From Candidatus Parcubacteria bacterium (GTDB lineage: Bacteria; Patescibacteriota; Minisyncoccia; SURF-38), in NCBI GenBank assembly GCA_003599335.1, contig QZJN01000010.1:1-57328 (forward strand): DNA of 57,328 bases, given 5' to 3'. Shown here in pieces: positions 29,803 through 38,441 of the stretch (its first letter is position 1; the number at the start of each line of letters is the position of its first letter). The translations under genes were made by a program, and so were the position numbers. Below the pieces are notes generated by a model. The model was not told the origin of the DNA and ran no database searches. It was given only the letters and a program-made list of their open reading frames with translations.

Positions 29803-30720
29803 CTACCTTAACTTCTTCAATATCGCCTCTAAACTTTCTGGCAAGTCAGCCTCGAAAATTTTGTCCTTATTAGAAGGTACTTCAAGCTCAAGATAATGAG
29901 CATGCAAAAAATGCCTTATCAAATTCGTTCGTAATGTTTCCTGCAAAGATTTTGAAGTGTACTTTTCATCGCCAACAACTGGATGCCCAATATAAGCGCA
30001 GTGAACTCTTATTTGATGTTTTCTGCCGGTACGTGGCTGAAGTTCAAGAAATGTAAATTCTTTATAGCGTTTACGGACTTTATAAAAAGTTGTGGCGTTT
30101 TTTGTTCCGCCTATAGTTTGTTTAACGCCTGTTGTTTCGCTTCTCATTATGGGCGCCTCAATTACGCCAAAATCATCCTTAATAATCCCGTGAACTAAAG
30201 CCAGATACCGCTTTACGACAAGACGATTTTGAAACTGAAATTTTAAATGCTCGTACGCTTGTTGGATTTTTGCAATAATCAAAAGACCGGATGTTTCTTT
30301 ATCAAGCCGATGAACAATCCCGGGCCTCAAAGGATCTTCTCCAACTCCTTCGATTTGTGGCCAACGAGCAAGCAGGCCGTTAACAAGGGTCTTGTTTTTT
30401 GTAGTTTCTGAAGGATGAACAACAAGTCCAGCCGGTTTATTTATGACAATACAATCTTTATCTTCATAGATTATTTCAAACCGTATCTTTTGATCAGCCT
30501 CAAGTGAAATTGGCTGGGGAGATCTTAAAACTATATGAATAACATCCTGATTTCTCAAAATATAACTCGGTTCTGTTTTTCGACCGTTCACCAAAACAAA
30601 TTGCTCTCTGATTAAGTTTTGCAGCCAATGCCTAGAAAACTCCGAAAATTTTTCCCGGAGAAACTTATCAAGCCTTGAACCGCTTTCTTGATCTGTGATT
30701 GTAAGGGTAAATTCGCCCAT
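29803..30720 (-). CDS. RluA/RluD-family pseudouridine synthase
   Basis: N-terminal S4 domain, NKPAGLVVHP, GIVHRLDKETSG, TGRKHQIRVH. Confidence 0.93.
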   Translation of the reverse strand: MGEFTLTITDQESGSRLDKFLREKFSEFSRHWLQNLIREQFVLVNGRKTEPSYILRNQDVIHIVLRSPQPISLEADQKIRFEIIYEDKDCIVINKPAGLVVHPSETTKNKTLVNGLLARWPQIEGVGEDPLRPGIVHRLDKETSGLLIIAKIQQAYEHLKFQFQNRLVVKRYLALVHGIIKDDFGVIEAPIMRSETTGVKQTIGGTKNATTFYKVRKRYKEFTFLELQPRTGRKHQIRVHCAYIGHPVVGDEKYTSKSLQETLRTNLIRHFLHAHYLELEVPSNKDKIFEADLPESLEAILKKLR

Positions 30721-30724
30721 TTTG

Positions 30725-30807
30725 TGGGCAGGGAGGGACTCGGACCCTCAAGCCCTTTCGGGCACATGATTTTAAGTCATGCGCGTATACCATTCCGCCA
30801 CCTGCCC
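30725..30807 (-). tRNA. tRNA-Leu (anticodon TAA)
   Basis: GGGCAGG/CCTGCCC acceptor; CATGA-CTTAAAA-TCATG; T-loop reads GTCCGAG. Confidence 0.92.
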
Positions 30808-30888
30808 AAGTTAGAAAAATATATCACGAAACAAACTCTCTTGAAAAGAAACAGCCTCGAGCAAGCATGAAAGCTAACACGAGGCTGT

Positions 30889-31165
30889 TCAACCGCTCCA
30901 AAGATCCTTCTCCCTCATGAGTTGGTTATCAGCTATTTGGGCAACCAGACGGCCGGTTCGGGGCTCACAAAAAATCATAAATCTTTGTGTATCAACCTCC
31001 AAGCCAAGCCCAGGAGGCATACCTGCAAACTGGTAGTGACCGGGCATTCCTGGATAACTCAAAGTGACCGTTCACCCGCCGCGAAACCAGCGTAGAGTCA
31101 ACCCAGATAACTGGCGCCGCAATTGAGGGCGGAGGTTCTCTGCCAAGAAGGTTTATCCTGACCAT
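30889..31165 (-). pseudogene. Orphan ~91-aa gene interrupted by a single extra base (or an assembly error)
   Basis: SD CGGAGG + ATG at 31165; 277 nt (3n+1) to the TGA at 30889 that abuts a terminator; removing one A at ~31071 joins the frames. Confidence 0.55.
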
Positions 31166-31230
31166 AAGGCACCTCCGGAACTATTTGTTATTTTAGCTCC
31201 ATGCTAAAACTTTTTCATTGTGGATATTTG

Positions 31231-31302
31231 AGGCCGAGGCGGGAATTGAACCCGCGTATAAGGGTTTTGCAGACCCTTGCCTTACCACTTGGCTACTCGG
31301 CC
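31231..31302 (-). tRNA. tRNA-Cys (anticodon GCA)
   Basis: GGCCGAG/CTCGGCC acceptor; AGGGT-CTGCAAA-ACCCT. Confidence 0.95.
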
Positions 31303-31306
31303 GTAT

Positions 31307-31648
31307 TCATTCTGTATTATGGATGTTTTCAATAATCTCTTCAACTTTATCAGCGCTGACTTGCCCTTTATCAATCTGGAAAGAAATTTTTGGCACAACT
31401 CTCATCTGAAGCTTTTTGATCAAAAGATGTTGTATTTCTCCTCTTGCCTCTTTTAAAGTTTCGAAAACTTCATTCATGGCGGTGCTTGGCAAGCAAGTTA
31501 TAAAAACAAAAGCCTCGGAGTTATCTTGGGAAACTTCAACATGGGTAACAGTAACAAGCACACCTTTTCCAAAACTAACCTCTCTGCTTATGAGGCCGGC
31601 AACTTCTTCGTGTAATAATTTATTAAGTTTTTCAGTTCGCCTGCTCAC
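31307..31648 (-). CDS. rbfA: Ribosome-binding factor A
   Basis: RRTEKLN...VTVTHVEVSQD...MRVVPKISF; directly after infB. Confidence 0.9.
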   Translation of the reverse strand: MSRRTEKLNKLLHEEVAGLISREVSFGKGVLVTVTHVEVSQDNSEAFVFITCLPSTAMNEVFETLKEARGEIQHLLIKKLQMRVVPKISFQIDKGQVSADKVEEIIENIHNTE

Positions 31649-31673
31649 TAAATATTTCTATGTCCTAAAACTA

Positions 31674-33197
31674 TCAGAGGCTTGGCTTTTCAAACCTTTC
31701 CTCAAAGGCTTCAAGAATATCTCCAACTTCAACTTTAACATTGCTGTTTTCTGCAGTAAATAATAGCCCGCACTCCATTCCTTCTTTTATCTGGTCGGCC
31801 TCAATTTTATTTTGTTGAAGCTGAGCAATACTTCCCAACCCAACTTCATTTTTATTGCGAGTTATAACAGCCTTCTCTCCCCGCTTTATAAATCCGCTTG
31901 TAACTTTCCCGCCAATAATCTGCCCCCTGGGTGTCTCTTTGAAAGTCGCCAAAACCTTTAAGCGCCCGGTGTTTTCTTTTTGCGCTTTTGGCTCAAGTAA
32001 AGCCACCATCGTTTTTTTAACCTCTTCAACCAAATCGTAAATAACCTCAAAAACAAAAATGCCAACACTAAACTGATCGGCCAAATTTTGCATTTCCGAA
32101 GATACCCTCACTTTAAAAGCGAAAATTGGAGCATTGGCAGAGCTTGCAAGTTTTATATCAGCTTCGGAAACATCGCCAATCTTGGCGTCTAATATTTCAA
32201 GCCTAACTTCTTGCGTTGAAATTTCAACCAAAGTTTTCTCAATCGCCTCAAGGGTTCCTTGGGTGTCGGCTTTAAGAACTATTTTAAGGGTCTTAATGGT
32301 TTCTCCTTCTTGAGATTTTTGACGCTGAACTTTTTTGTTTGCTTCAGAGTGTTTACTGACGTATTCTTCAAGTTCCTTTTTGTTCTCAAATACTCTAAAC
32401 TCCGCGCCAAGCGCAGGCAAACCCTCAAAACCAGCGACCAACACTGCCGGCGCGAGGAAGTTTGCTTCTTTAAGAGCGTGCCCATCAGCATCTTCCAAAG
32501 CCTTAATCTTGCCCGAAACATTTTCAGCCGCAATATAATCTCCGGTTCTCATTCTCCCGCTTTTTATAATCAGCGTAGCCACAACGCCTCTCTTGGAACC
32601 GGTGTGAGATTCTATAACTATTCCCGAAGCGTTTTCATTGGGTTTAGCCTTTAAATCCTCCAAGTCGGCCACGAGCAAAACAAGATCAAGCAACTCATCA
32701 ATACCCTTACCTGTTTTGGCCGAAATTTCCTGCACGGGGATTTTCCCGCCCCAATCTTCAACCTGCACATCCGCTTCAGCTAGCTGCTGTTTTACCCTTT
32801 GCAAGTTTGCTTCTCCTTTGTCTATTTTGTTTATCGCCACTACAAAAGGAATTTTCGCCTGCCTGATTATTTTAATAGCCTCTATTGTCTGGGGCTTCAC
32901 GCCATCGTCTGCCGCAACAACCAAAATAGCCACATCGGCAACCTGTGTGCCTCTTGAGCGCATTTTTGTAAAAGCTTCATGCCCGGGAGTATCAATAAAA
33001 GCCACAACCCGATCTTTATGTTTAATATGATAAGCACCGGTATGCTGAGTAATGCCTCCTGATTCGCCGGCCGCAACTTCAGTTTTACGAATAGTATCAA
33101 GCAAAGTCGTTTTTCCATGGTCAATATGCCCCAAAACAACCACGATAGGTGGCCTTGTTACTAAATCTGATTTTGTTTTTGTTGCGCTCGTAGTCAT
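31674..33197 (-). CDS. infB: Translation initiation factor IF-2 (lacks the long N-terminal domain)
   Basis: RPPIVVVLGHIDHGKTTLLD, GGITQH, DTPGHEAF, NKID. Confidence 0.96.
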   Translation of the reverse strand: MTTSATKTKSDLVTRPPIVVVLGHIDHGKTTLLDTIRKTEVAAGESGGITQHTGAYHIKHKDRVVAFIDTPGHEAFTKMRSRGTQVADVAILVVAADDGVKPQTIEAIKIIRQAKIPFVVAINKIDKGEANLQRVKQQLAEADVQVEDWGGKIPVQEISAKTGKGIDELLDLVLLVADLEDLKAKPNENASGIVIESHTGSKRGVVATLIIKSGRMRTGDYIAAENVSGKIKALEDADGHALKEANFLAPAVLVAGFEGLPALGAEFRVFENKKELEEYVSKHSEANKKVQRQKSQEGETIKTLKIVLKADTQGTLEAIEKTLVEISTQEVRLEILDAKIGDVSEADIKLASSANAPIFAFKVRVSSEMQNLADQFSVGIFVFEVIYDLVEEVKKTMVALLEPKAQKENTGRLKVLATFKETPRGQIIGGKVTSGFIKRGEKAVITRNKNEVGLGSIAQLQQNKIEADQIKEGMECGLLFTAENSNVKVEVGDILEAFEERFEKPSL

Positions 33198-33235
33198 ATC
33201 ACTAATACCTAATTCCTGTTTATTGAATACTATTA

Positions 33236-33718
33236 TTATAGTTTTGGCGTTTTAATCTTTTGAGCTTCTTTGACGGCTTCTTTTTCTTCTTCCGTTAAAG
33301 GTTGCGGCGAGTGCCCGCCCTTAACGTTTTTTATGTAAACCCTTGAACGTTCCGAGGTAAACAAGGCACTCAAAACAAATCCGTTGTCTGAATTATCAAG
33401 CACTGCGAGTGAAAAACTCTGGTTTCCGCCAGTCTCCCTAAACGGGTTATATCTGACAATGCCGATTTTCTGGGAAGCCTTGGATGCTGTGTCGGCCACT
33501 TCTCCCAGTCTTTTTTCCAAATCTTCGCTTTTAAATTTTAAACGCTTAATGTCTTTGGCATACTCTTTCAGCATTGCCTCAAGGTTTTCTCCGCTTGGGC
33601 CAGTCAAAAATATCTTCAGTCTTTTATGAAGCTTTGAAGTGATAATTATAAGAACCACAACGGCAATAGCCAAAGCTCCAAGAATATACCAAAGATATGA
33701 AAAAAGTAGCGTACCCAT
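33236..33718 (-). CDS. DUF4446-family protein
   Basis: N-terminal TM; GIVRYNPFRETGGNQSFSLAVLD; LTEEE; start uncertain (up to 33757). Confidence 0.8.
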   Translation of the reverse strand: MGTLLFSYLWYILGALAIAVVVLIIITSKLHKRLKIFLTGPSGENLEAMLKEYAKDIKRLKFKSEDLEKRLGEVADTASKASQKIGIVRYNPFRETGGNQSFSLAVLDNSDNGFVLSALFTSERSRVYIKNVKGGHSPQPLTEEEKEAVKEAQKIKTPKL

Positions 33719-33784
33719 GATAAAAAGCCTCATTTGAGGCTCTAACATTGTACGCAATTATTGCAGATTTAGCAATCTAATGAG

Positions 33785-33932
33785 TATAATTTAATTATTA
33801 TGCTGACCACAAAAAGAATTACAACTTGGTCTGGCTTTTCTAATAAAACCTCTTTTTTACGCCAAAGGGGTTAGCTTAATTTACGATTAGAGTTTGAAAT
33901 TTGAGATAATCTGCCCCTCTGGCAGATTTTTT
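33785..33932 (+). promoter_or_regulatory. Putative leader-peptide attenuator (24-aa uORF 33800-33874, terminator 33908-33932)
   Basis: TATAAT, then uORF MLTTKRITTWSGFSNKTSFLRQRG; AATCTGCC/GGCAGATT + T-run; 33861-33870 complementary to 33914-33923. Confidence 0.6.
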
Positions 33933-33951
33933 AACTCTTAAATTCAAATCA

Positions 33952-34920
33952 ATGACGAACCAAATTATTTCCATCAAAAATTTAGTCTTTAGAGGCATAC
34001 ATGGAATAACTCAAAAAGAAAAAAATAAAAGTCAACGCTTATTAATTAATATAGAGGTTGAATCAAGTTTTCCAGATCTTTCATCTGATGAAATAAGCAA
34101 AACAATCGACTATCGCATGATCAAAGAGATAGCAAAAAAATCCGTTGAACAAAAAAGTTTTGGCCTGATAGAAACTTTAGCTCAAAACATAGCCGATGAA
34201 ATAAGCTTTGACTTGCTGGTAAAAAAAGTTGTTGTTTCGGTCTCAAAGCCAGACATTTGGCAAAACGGAATTCCTTCCGTGACAATAACCAAAGAATGTT
34301 TGCCGCCAAGACTTAATCTTTTTGATTTTAACTGGAGTGAGTTTATTGAAGATATTTGTGATAAAGGAGGCATCTCTTTGCCAATTTTACCGCTAGGCAG
34401 ACGTCTTAAGCTTCTTGAGGAAGCGGAAAAATATAATTATATAGTCCAACCGGAAATTGTCGGCCCAGCCAAGGTGCGCGAACAGATATCCTCGGTTTCA
34501 GATTTTGAAGAAACCAGTCTGTTTTTGAAACTTCGTGATGATTTTACAGAGCTTTTATTGCGAAAAATCCCGTCCGAAGAACTTACTAAACTTTTTCCAA
34601 ATCCTCTTTGTTTCAACGAATTCTCTCTACAAAAATATCAAAAAGGCTCAATTGGTATAACTCCTCATAAAGATGGGGCTTCAAGGCATAATTTGATTTG
34701 TGTGTTCATTCTTAAAGGAAAGGCCGATTTCGCTTTATGCGATGATAGATCCGGTTCAAATCCGAAATATCTCGATACTTCTCCCGGAAATATGATTGTG
34801 CTTCGCGGCCCTGGCTTTTTTGGCGGCCAGCACAGACCCTTTCATTTTGTGACGAACATAACAGAGGAAAGAATAGTTTTCGGTTTACGCCAAAGAGTAA
34901 AACAATCCACATTGATATAA
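33952..34920 (+). CDS. Dihydroneopterin aldolase (FolB) fused to a 2OG-Fe(II) dioxygenase-like domain
   Basis: N-term GIHGITQKE...TIDY...LIETLA...VSKP; C-term PHKD...RPFHF...RIVFGLR. Confidence 0.78.
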   Translation: MTNQIISIKNLVFRGIHGITQKEKNKSQRLLINIEVESSFPDLSSDEISKTIDYRMIKEIAKKSVEQKSFGLIETLAQNIADEISFDLLVKKVVVSVSKPDIWQNGIPSVTITKECLPPRLNLFDFNWSEFIEDICDKGGISLPILPLGRRLKLLEEAEKYNYIVQPEIVGPAKVREQISSVSDFEETSLFLKLRDDFTELLLRKIPSEELTKLFPNPLCFNEFSLQKYQKGSIGITPHKDGASRHNLICVFILKGKADFALCDDRSGSNPKYLDTSPGNMIVLRGPGFFGGQHRPFHFVTNITEERIVFGLRQRVKQSTLI

Positions 34921-34961
34921 CTTTTTCAAACTGCTTTAATGTCTTTAGCAAAGGAGGATAT

Positions 34962-35285
34962 ATGCCCGACTTCTCTCTGCGTTTGTGGGAATTTTGGCGC
35001 CTACGCTCCAACAATATCCAGGAAGGCCGGGAGCATGGCATAAAATGGGTTGTTGCGATTATGCCCGGCGCCGATCGCAGCAAAATGCCCGAAGAACTCT
35101 CAAAAGAAGTTGCGCATCTCATGATTGACGACGGAATAATTTTCGATGTAGTTCGTGAAGTCAAAGACATCGATATTTCCGATCTCAATCCGGGTCAACG
35201 TCAGCTTCTTGAACAAGCCATCTCCTCTCGGGAGATAACACATCTCCCAAAAGACAGGATGACTTTCATTACAGTCGCCGCCTAA
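34962..35285 (+). CDS. Hypothetical protein
   Basis: SD AAAGGAGG, 107 aa, followed by a hairpin at ~35305-35332. Confidence 0.65.
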   Translation: MPDFSLRLWEFWRLRSNNIQEGREHGIKWVVAIMPGADRSKMPEELSKEVAHLMIDDGIIFDVVREVKDIDISDLNPGQRQLLEQAISSREITHLPKDRMTFITVAA

Positions 35286-35422
35286 AAGATTCAGTTCTCC
35301 AACCAAAGACCGCGGTTCGCCCAGCGGTCTTTCTCTTTTTATTTATCAACTATCACCTTAAACCCGCCGTAAACAAAACGCTTCATATCAAACGGCATTG
35401 GTTTGCCTTAACTTTAAATTGA

Positions 35423-35593
35423 TTAAATTTCATTTCCGTCTTTACTCTCTTCTGCGTGGTCTATAATTTCTAAATTACAACTTTTATGTTTTTTGCACCA
35501 CTTTTCGCATTTTTCCGCCCATTCTTTATCCTTATAGTGGAGCCTGCACTCTGCGCATATATATAGATTTTTATCTTGATTACTTGTATTCAT
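35423..35593 (-). CDS. Small Cys-rich (zinc-binding-like) protein
   Basis: MNTSNQDKNLYICAECRLHYKDKEWAEKCEKWCKKHKSCNLEII. Confidence 0.65.
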   Translation of the reverse strand: MNTSNQDKNLYICAECRLHYKDKEWAEKCEKWCKKHKSCNLEIIDHAEESKDGNEI

Positions 35594-35606
35594 ACTGCTA
35601 ATTCTT

Positions 35607-35855
35607 TTAACGATGAGGACACCCGGCCCAGCAACACGGCCGACGTTTTCCTTCAATAAGCTCTGTACGTGTCCTCTCAATATGTAATTTTCTCGTCTCC
35701 GGTTTTTTAACAGACACAACCCAACAAATCCATTCATTGCGCGCAAGCGGCGTAATATCCTCCCATGCTGCTAGCGCCGCTGTGGAAGAACTAAGGATTT
35801 TTCGTAAATCCGCTGGCACCTTATGCACTGTACCGGCAGAAATTTCTTTAGTCAT
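35607..35855 (-). CDS. YdeI/OmpD-associated family protein
   Basis: VPADL...WEDITPLARNEWICWV...KKPETRK...RPCCWAGC. Confidence 0.82.
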   Translation of the reverse strand: MTKEISAGTVHKVPADLRKILSSSTAALAAWEDITPLARNEWICWVVSVKKPETRKLHIERTRTELIEGKRRPCCWAGCPHR

Positions 35856-35880
35856 AAGATTGTTTTATTAACTCCTCTAT

Positions 35881-35970
35881 TGGCGGAAGCGGGAGGATTC
35901 GAACCTCCGAGGGGATTGCTCCCCAACCGGTTTTCGAGACCGGCGCATTAGACCGCTCTGCCACGCTTCC
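35881..35970 (-). tRNA. tRNA-Ser (anticodon CGA)
   Basis: GGAAGCG/CGCTTCC acceptor; CCGGT-CTCGAAA-ACCGG; encoded CCA. Confidence 0.95.
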
Positions 35971-36035
35971 AAAAATTTGTTTTTTCTAAAACCTATACTA
36001 CACTATACTAGATACTTAATACAAAATACTTTTTT

Positions 36036-37289
36036 ATGGCAAAATTTATCGTAACCGGAGGAAAAAAACTAAAAGGAGAAATTGCCGCTTCTGGCTCTAA
36101 AAACGCCGCTTTGCCTATTATTGCCGCATCTTTGCTTTCTTCGCAACGCTCCATCATCCGCAACGTCCCTCTCATTAAGGATGTTTTAACTTTGGTTGAA
36201 CTTATTAAATCTCTCGGAGCCAAAGTAATTTTTGAAAGCCACAATCTTTATATTGAGCCTGGCTCTATAAATTCTCACACCCCAAATCCGCAGCTTGCGG
36301 GCAAACTTCGCGGATCAATTTTGCTTTTGGGACCGATGCTCGCGCATTTTGGAAAAATCCATATTCCTTATCCGGGCGGAGATTTAATAGGCCCAAGGCC
36401 GATTGATACTCATCTTAAAGCCCTGAAACAGCTTGGCGCAGAAGTTGAAGAGGGCGATATTTTAAAACTTGAAGCAAAAAGACTAAAAGGAACAAGAATT
36501 ATTTTAAGCGAAGCTTCTGTTACGGCAACGGAAAATTTGCTTATGGCCGCAACCTTAGCCCAGGGCGAAACTATTATAAGACTTGCCGCAATGGAACCTC
36601 ACGTTGTTGAGCTTGCAAAAATCTTAAAAGACATGGGTGCAAAAATTGAAGGCATCGGCACGCCAACACTTACCATAAAAGGAGTTAAAGAACTTCACGG
36701 TTTTATTCATACCCTTGAGCCAGACCCCATTGAGGTTGGCTCTTTTGCAATTTTAGCGGCGACAACTAAAAGCCCTATAACTATAAAAGGTGTAAATCCA
36801 GAAAACCTTGATGCAGTTTTAATAAAACTTTCAGAGATAGGGGTAAATTGGAAATTGAACGACAATAATCTTTTAATAGAACCACCGCCAAAGCCATATC
36901 AGGCTGCCAAAATCCAAACCGGTCTTTATCCGGCTTTACCCACAGACTTGCAATCGCCTTTTGGAGTTTTAGCCACGCAAGCCCAAGGCACTTCTTTGAT
37001 ACACGATTGGATGTATGAGGGACGCTTGGCTTATATTAATGAGCTTCGTAAAATGGGTGCTAATGCTTTTATTTTAGACCCGCACCGAGCCATTATTCAT
37101 GGTCCAACCCCGCTTTATGGCAAAGAAATCCATTCGCTTGATATACGTTCGGGTATAACAATGATTATCGCTTCACTTGCCGCTTCAGGCCAAAGCATTA
37201 TCAATGATGCTGAAATTATCGATAGAGGCTATGAAAATATTGAAGCTCGTTTGCAAAATTTGGGAGCTCAAATTGAAAGAATCAACTAA
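36036..37289 (+). CDS. murA: UDP-N-acetylglucosamine 1-carboxyvinyltransferase
   Basis: SGSKNAALP, PGGDLIGPRPIDTH, SVTATEN, LDIRSG, IDRGYE. Confidence 0.96.
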   Translation: MAKFIVTGGKKLKGEIAASGSKNAALPIIAASLLSSQRSIIRNVPLIKDVLTLVELIKSLGAKVIFESHNLYIEPGSINSHTPNPQLAGKLRGSILLLGPMLAHFGKIHIPYPGGDLIGPRPIDTHLKALKQLGAEVEEGDILKLEAKRLKGTRIILSEASVTATENLLMAATLAQGETIIRLAAMEPHVVELAKILKDMGAKIEGIGTPTLTIKGVKELHGFIHTLEPDPIEVGSFAILAATTKSPITIKGVNPENLDAVLIKLSEIGVNWKLNDNNLLIEPPPKPYQAAKIQTGLYPALPTDLQSPFGVLATQAQGTSLIHDWMYEGRLAYINELRKMGANAFILDPHRAIIHGPTPLYGKEIHSLDIRSGITMIIASLAASGQSIINDAEIIDRGYENIEARLQNLGAQIERIN

Positions 37290-37328
37290 AAACAGATGAG
37301 CCCGGGCGTTTTGAAACACCAGGGCTCA

Positions 37329-38258
37329 TTAGATAACCTCCACAGAATTCGGAAGGTTCAAAACGAGGTTGATTACGAAATCGTGCCGGAGCTCTTTTGG
37401 TACAAGCACGGTTATCGTCTTGTCTTGGGGAAGGCTGATGCTCGCCCAGTTATAGACGTTGAGATGCGGATTCCAACGAAGCAGGTTGCCGACTTTGCCA
37501 TAGCCTGTCAGGCGAGGGATTGTCACCCGATCGCCTTTTATTTTCAACTTCACTTCAGCCAGCTCTTCTCCAATCTTAAAACTTGAAGGAAGCTGAAACG
37601 AAGGCACATAGGCCAAGGATGGAACCGATAAATCGCCAAGTAGGTTCTGTGTGTCAACAATGAAGTACGCAAGAACCTTTGGCACGAAATCCATAGTTTC
37701 TGGATGCAACTGCAGCCTCCAAAAATTGGTTGTGCCGGCCCGAGCGATTGCCTTATCCACGTTGTCTTCCCCGGTGTTCCAGGCGGCGATGACCAAAAGA
37801 GGATCACCGTTGAACTTATCAATCAGAAATCGCAGATACTTCGCCGCGACTTGTGAGTTTTGCGCCGGATCAAACATCGCGCTTGGAGTTGAACCAAAAC
37901 GTAAAGCGGTAGCCGGCATTGTCTGCCACAATCCAAGCGCCCCTTTGTAAGAAACTGCCTGGATATTGCCGGTTGATTCTGGAACAGTTATGTAGGCATA
38001 TTGCGCCGGCACTCCCTGCTCCAGAAGTTTTTCCTGGGCTGTGGCAAAGTGAAACTTTGCGCCGCTCAAATGCAAGGCGGCGCTGCGCGGGGAAGCCAAA
38101 AGCTGGTTTATGGCCGCGTTCAGCCTCCAATATGCCGCTCTGTCCGACGCATCAATTACCTTATCGGCAAATTGAAATTGCATCGGGATGTCTGCCGCTC
38201 CCAAAACGGAGGCAATAAGCAGACACAAACCAAACAGAAAAAACCTCGTAAGTTTCAT
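37329..38258 (-). CDS. Secreted lytic transglycosylase (SLT, MltD-like)
   Basis: Signal peptide; PES...AVSYKGALGLWQTMPATA; AAWNTGE; ETMDFVPK. Confidence 0.85.
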   Translation of the reverse strand: MKLTRFFLFGLCLLIASVLGAADIPMQFQFADKVIDASDRAAYWRLNAAINQLLASPRSAALHLSGAKFHFATAQEKLLEQGVPAQYAYITVPESTGNIQAVSYKGALGLWQTMPATALRFGSTPSAMFDPAQNSQVAAKYLRFLIDKFNGDPLLVIAAWNTGEDNVDKAIARAGTTNFWRLQLHPETMDFVPKVLAYFIVDTQNLLGDLSVPSLAYVPSFQLPSSFKIGEELAEVKLKIKGDRVTIPRLTGYGKVGNLLRWNPHLNVYNWASISLPQDKTITVLVPKELRHDFVINLVLNLPNSVEVI

Positions 38259-38364
38259 TTCGTAAAACCTCCGTTGAAAAGATCAAAAAAACACGCCAAT
38301 GGCGTTCTAATACTATAAACTATATTGTATAAAAGTCAACCTTATGAATAAACGACTTTTCCGG

Positions 38365-38392
38365 TCGTATGTTAACAATTGTTAACATACGA
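38365..38392. repeat. Perfect 28-bp palindrome
   Basis: TCGTATGTTAACAATTGTTAACATACGA. Confidence 0.85.
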
Positions 38393-38441
38393 AAAACGAT
38401 TTCTAAAGACAATCCTTAACTAACCGTCGAAGCCGAGGAGA

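Noticed and set aside
36036-37289. MurA active-site Cys replaced by Asp (PGGDLIG)
   Set aside because: This is a known natural fosfomycin-insensitive variant, not novel.
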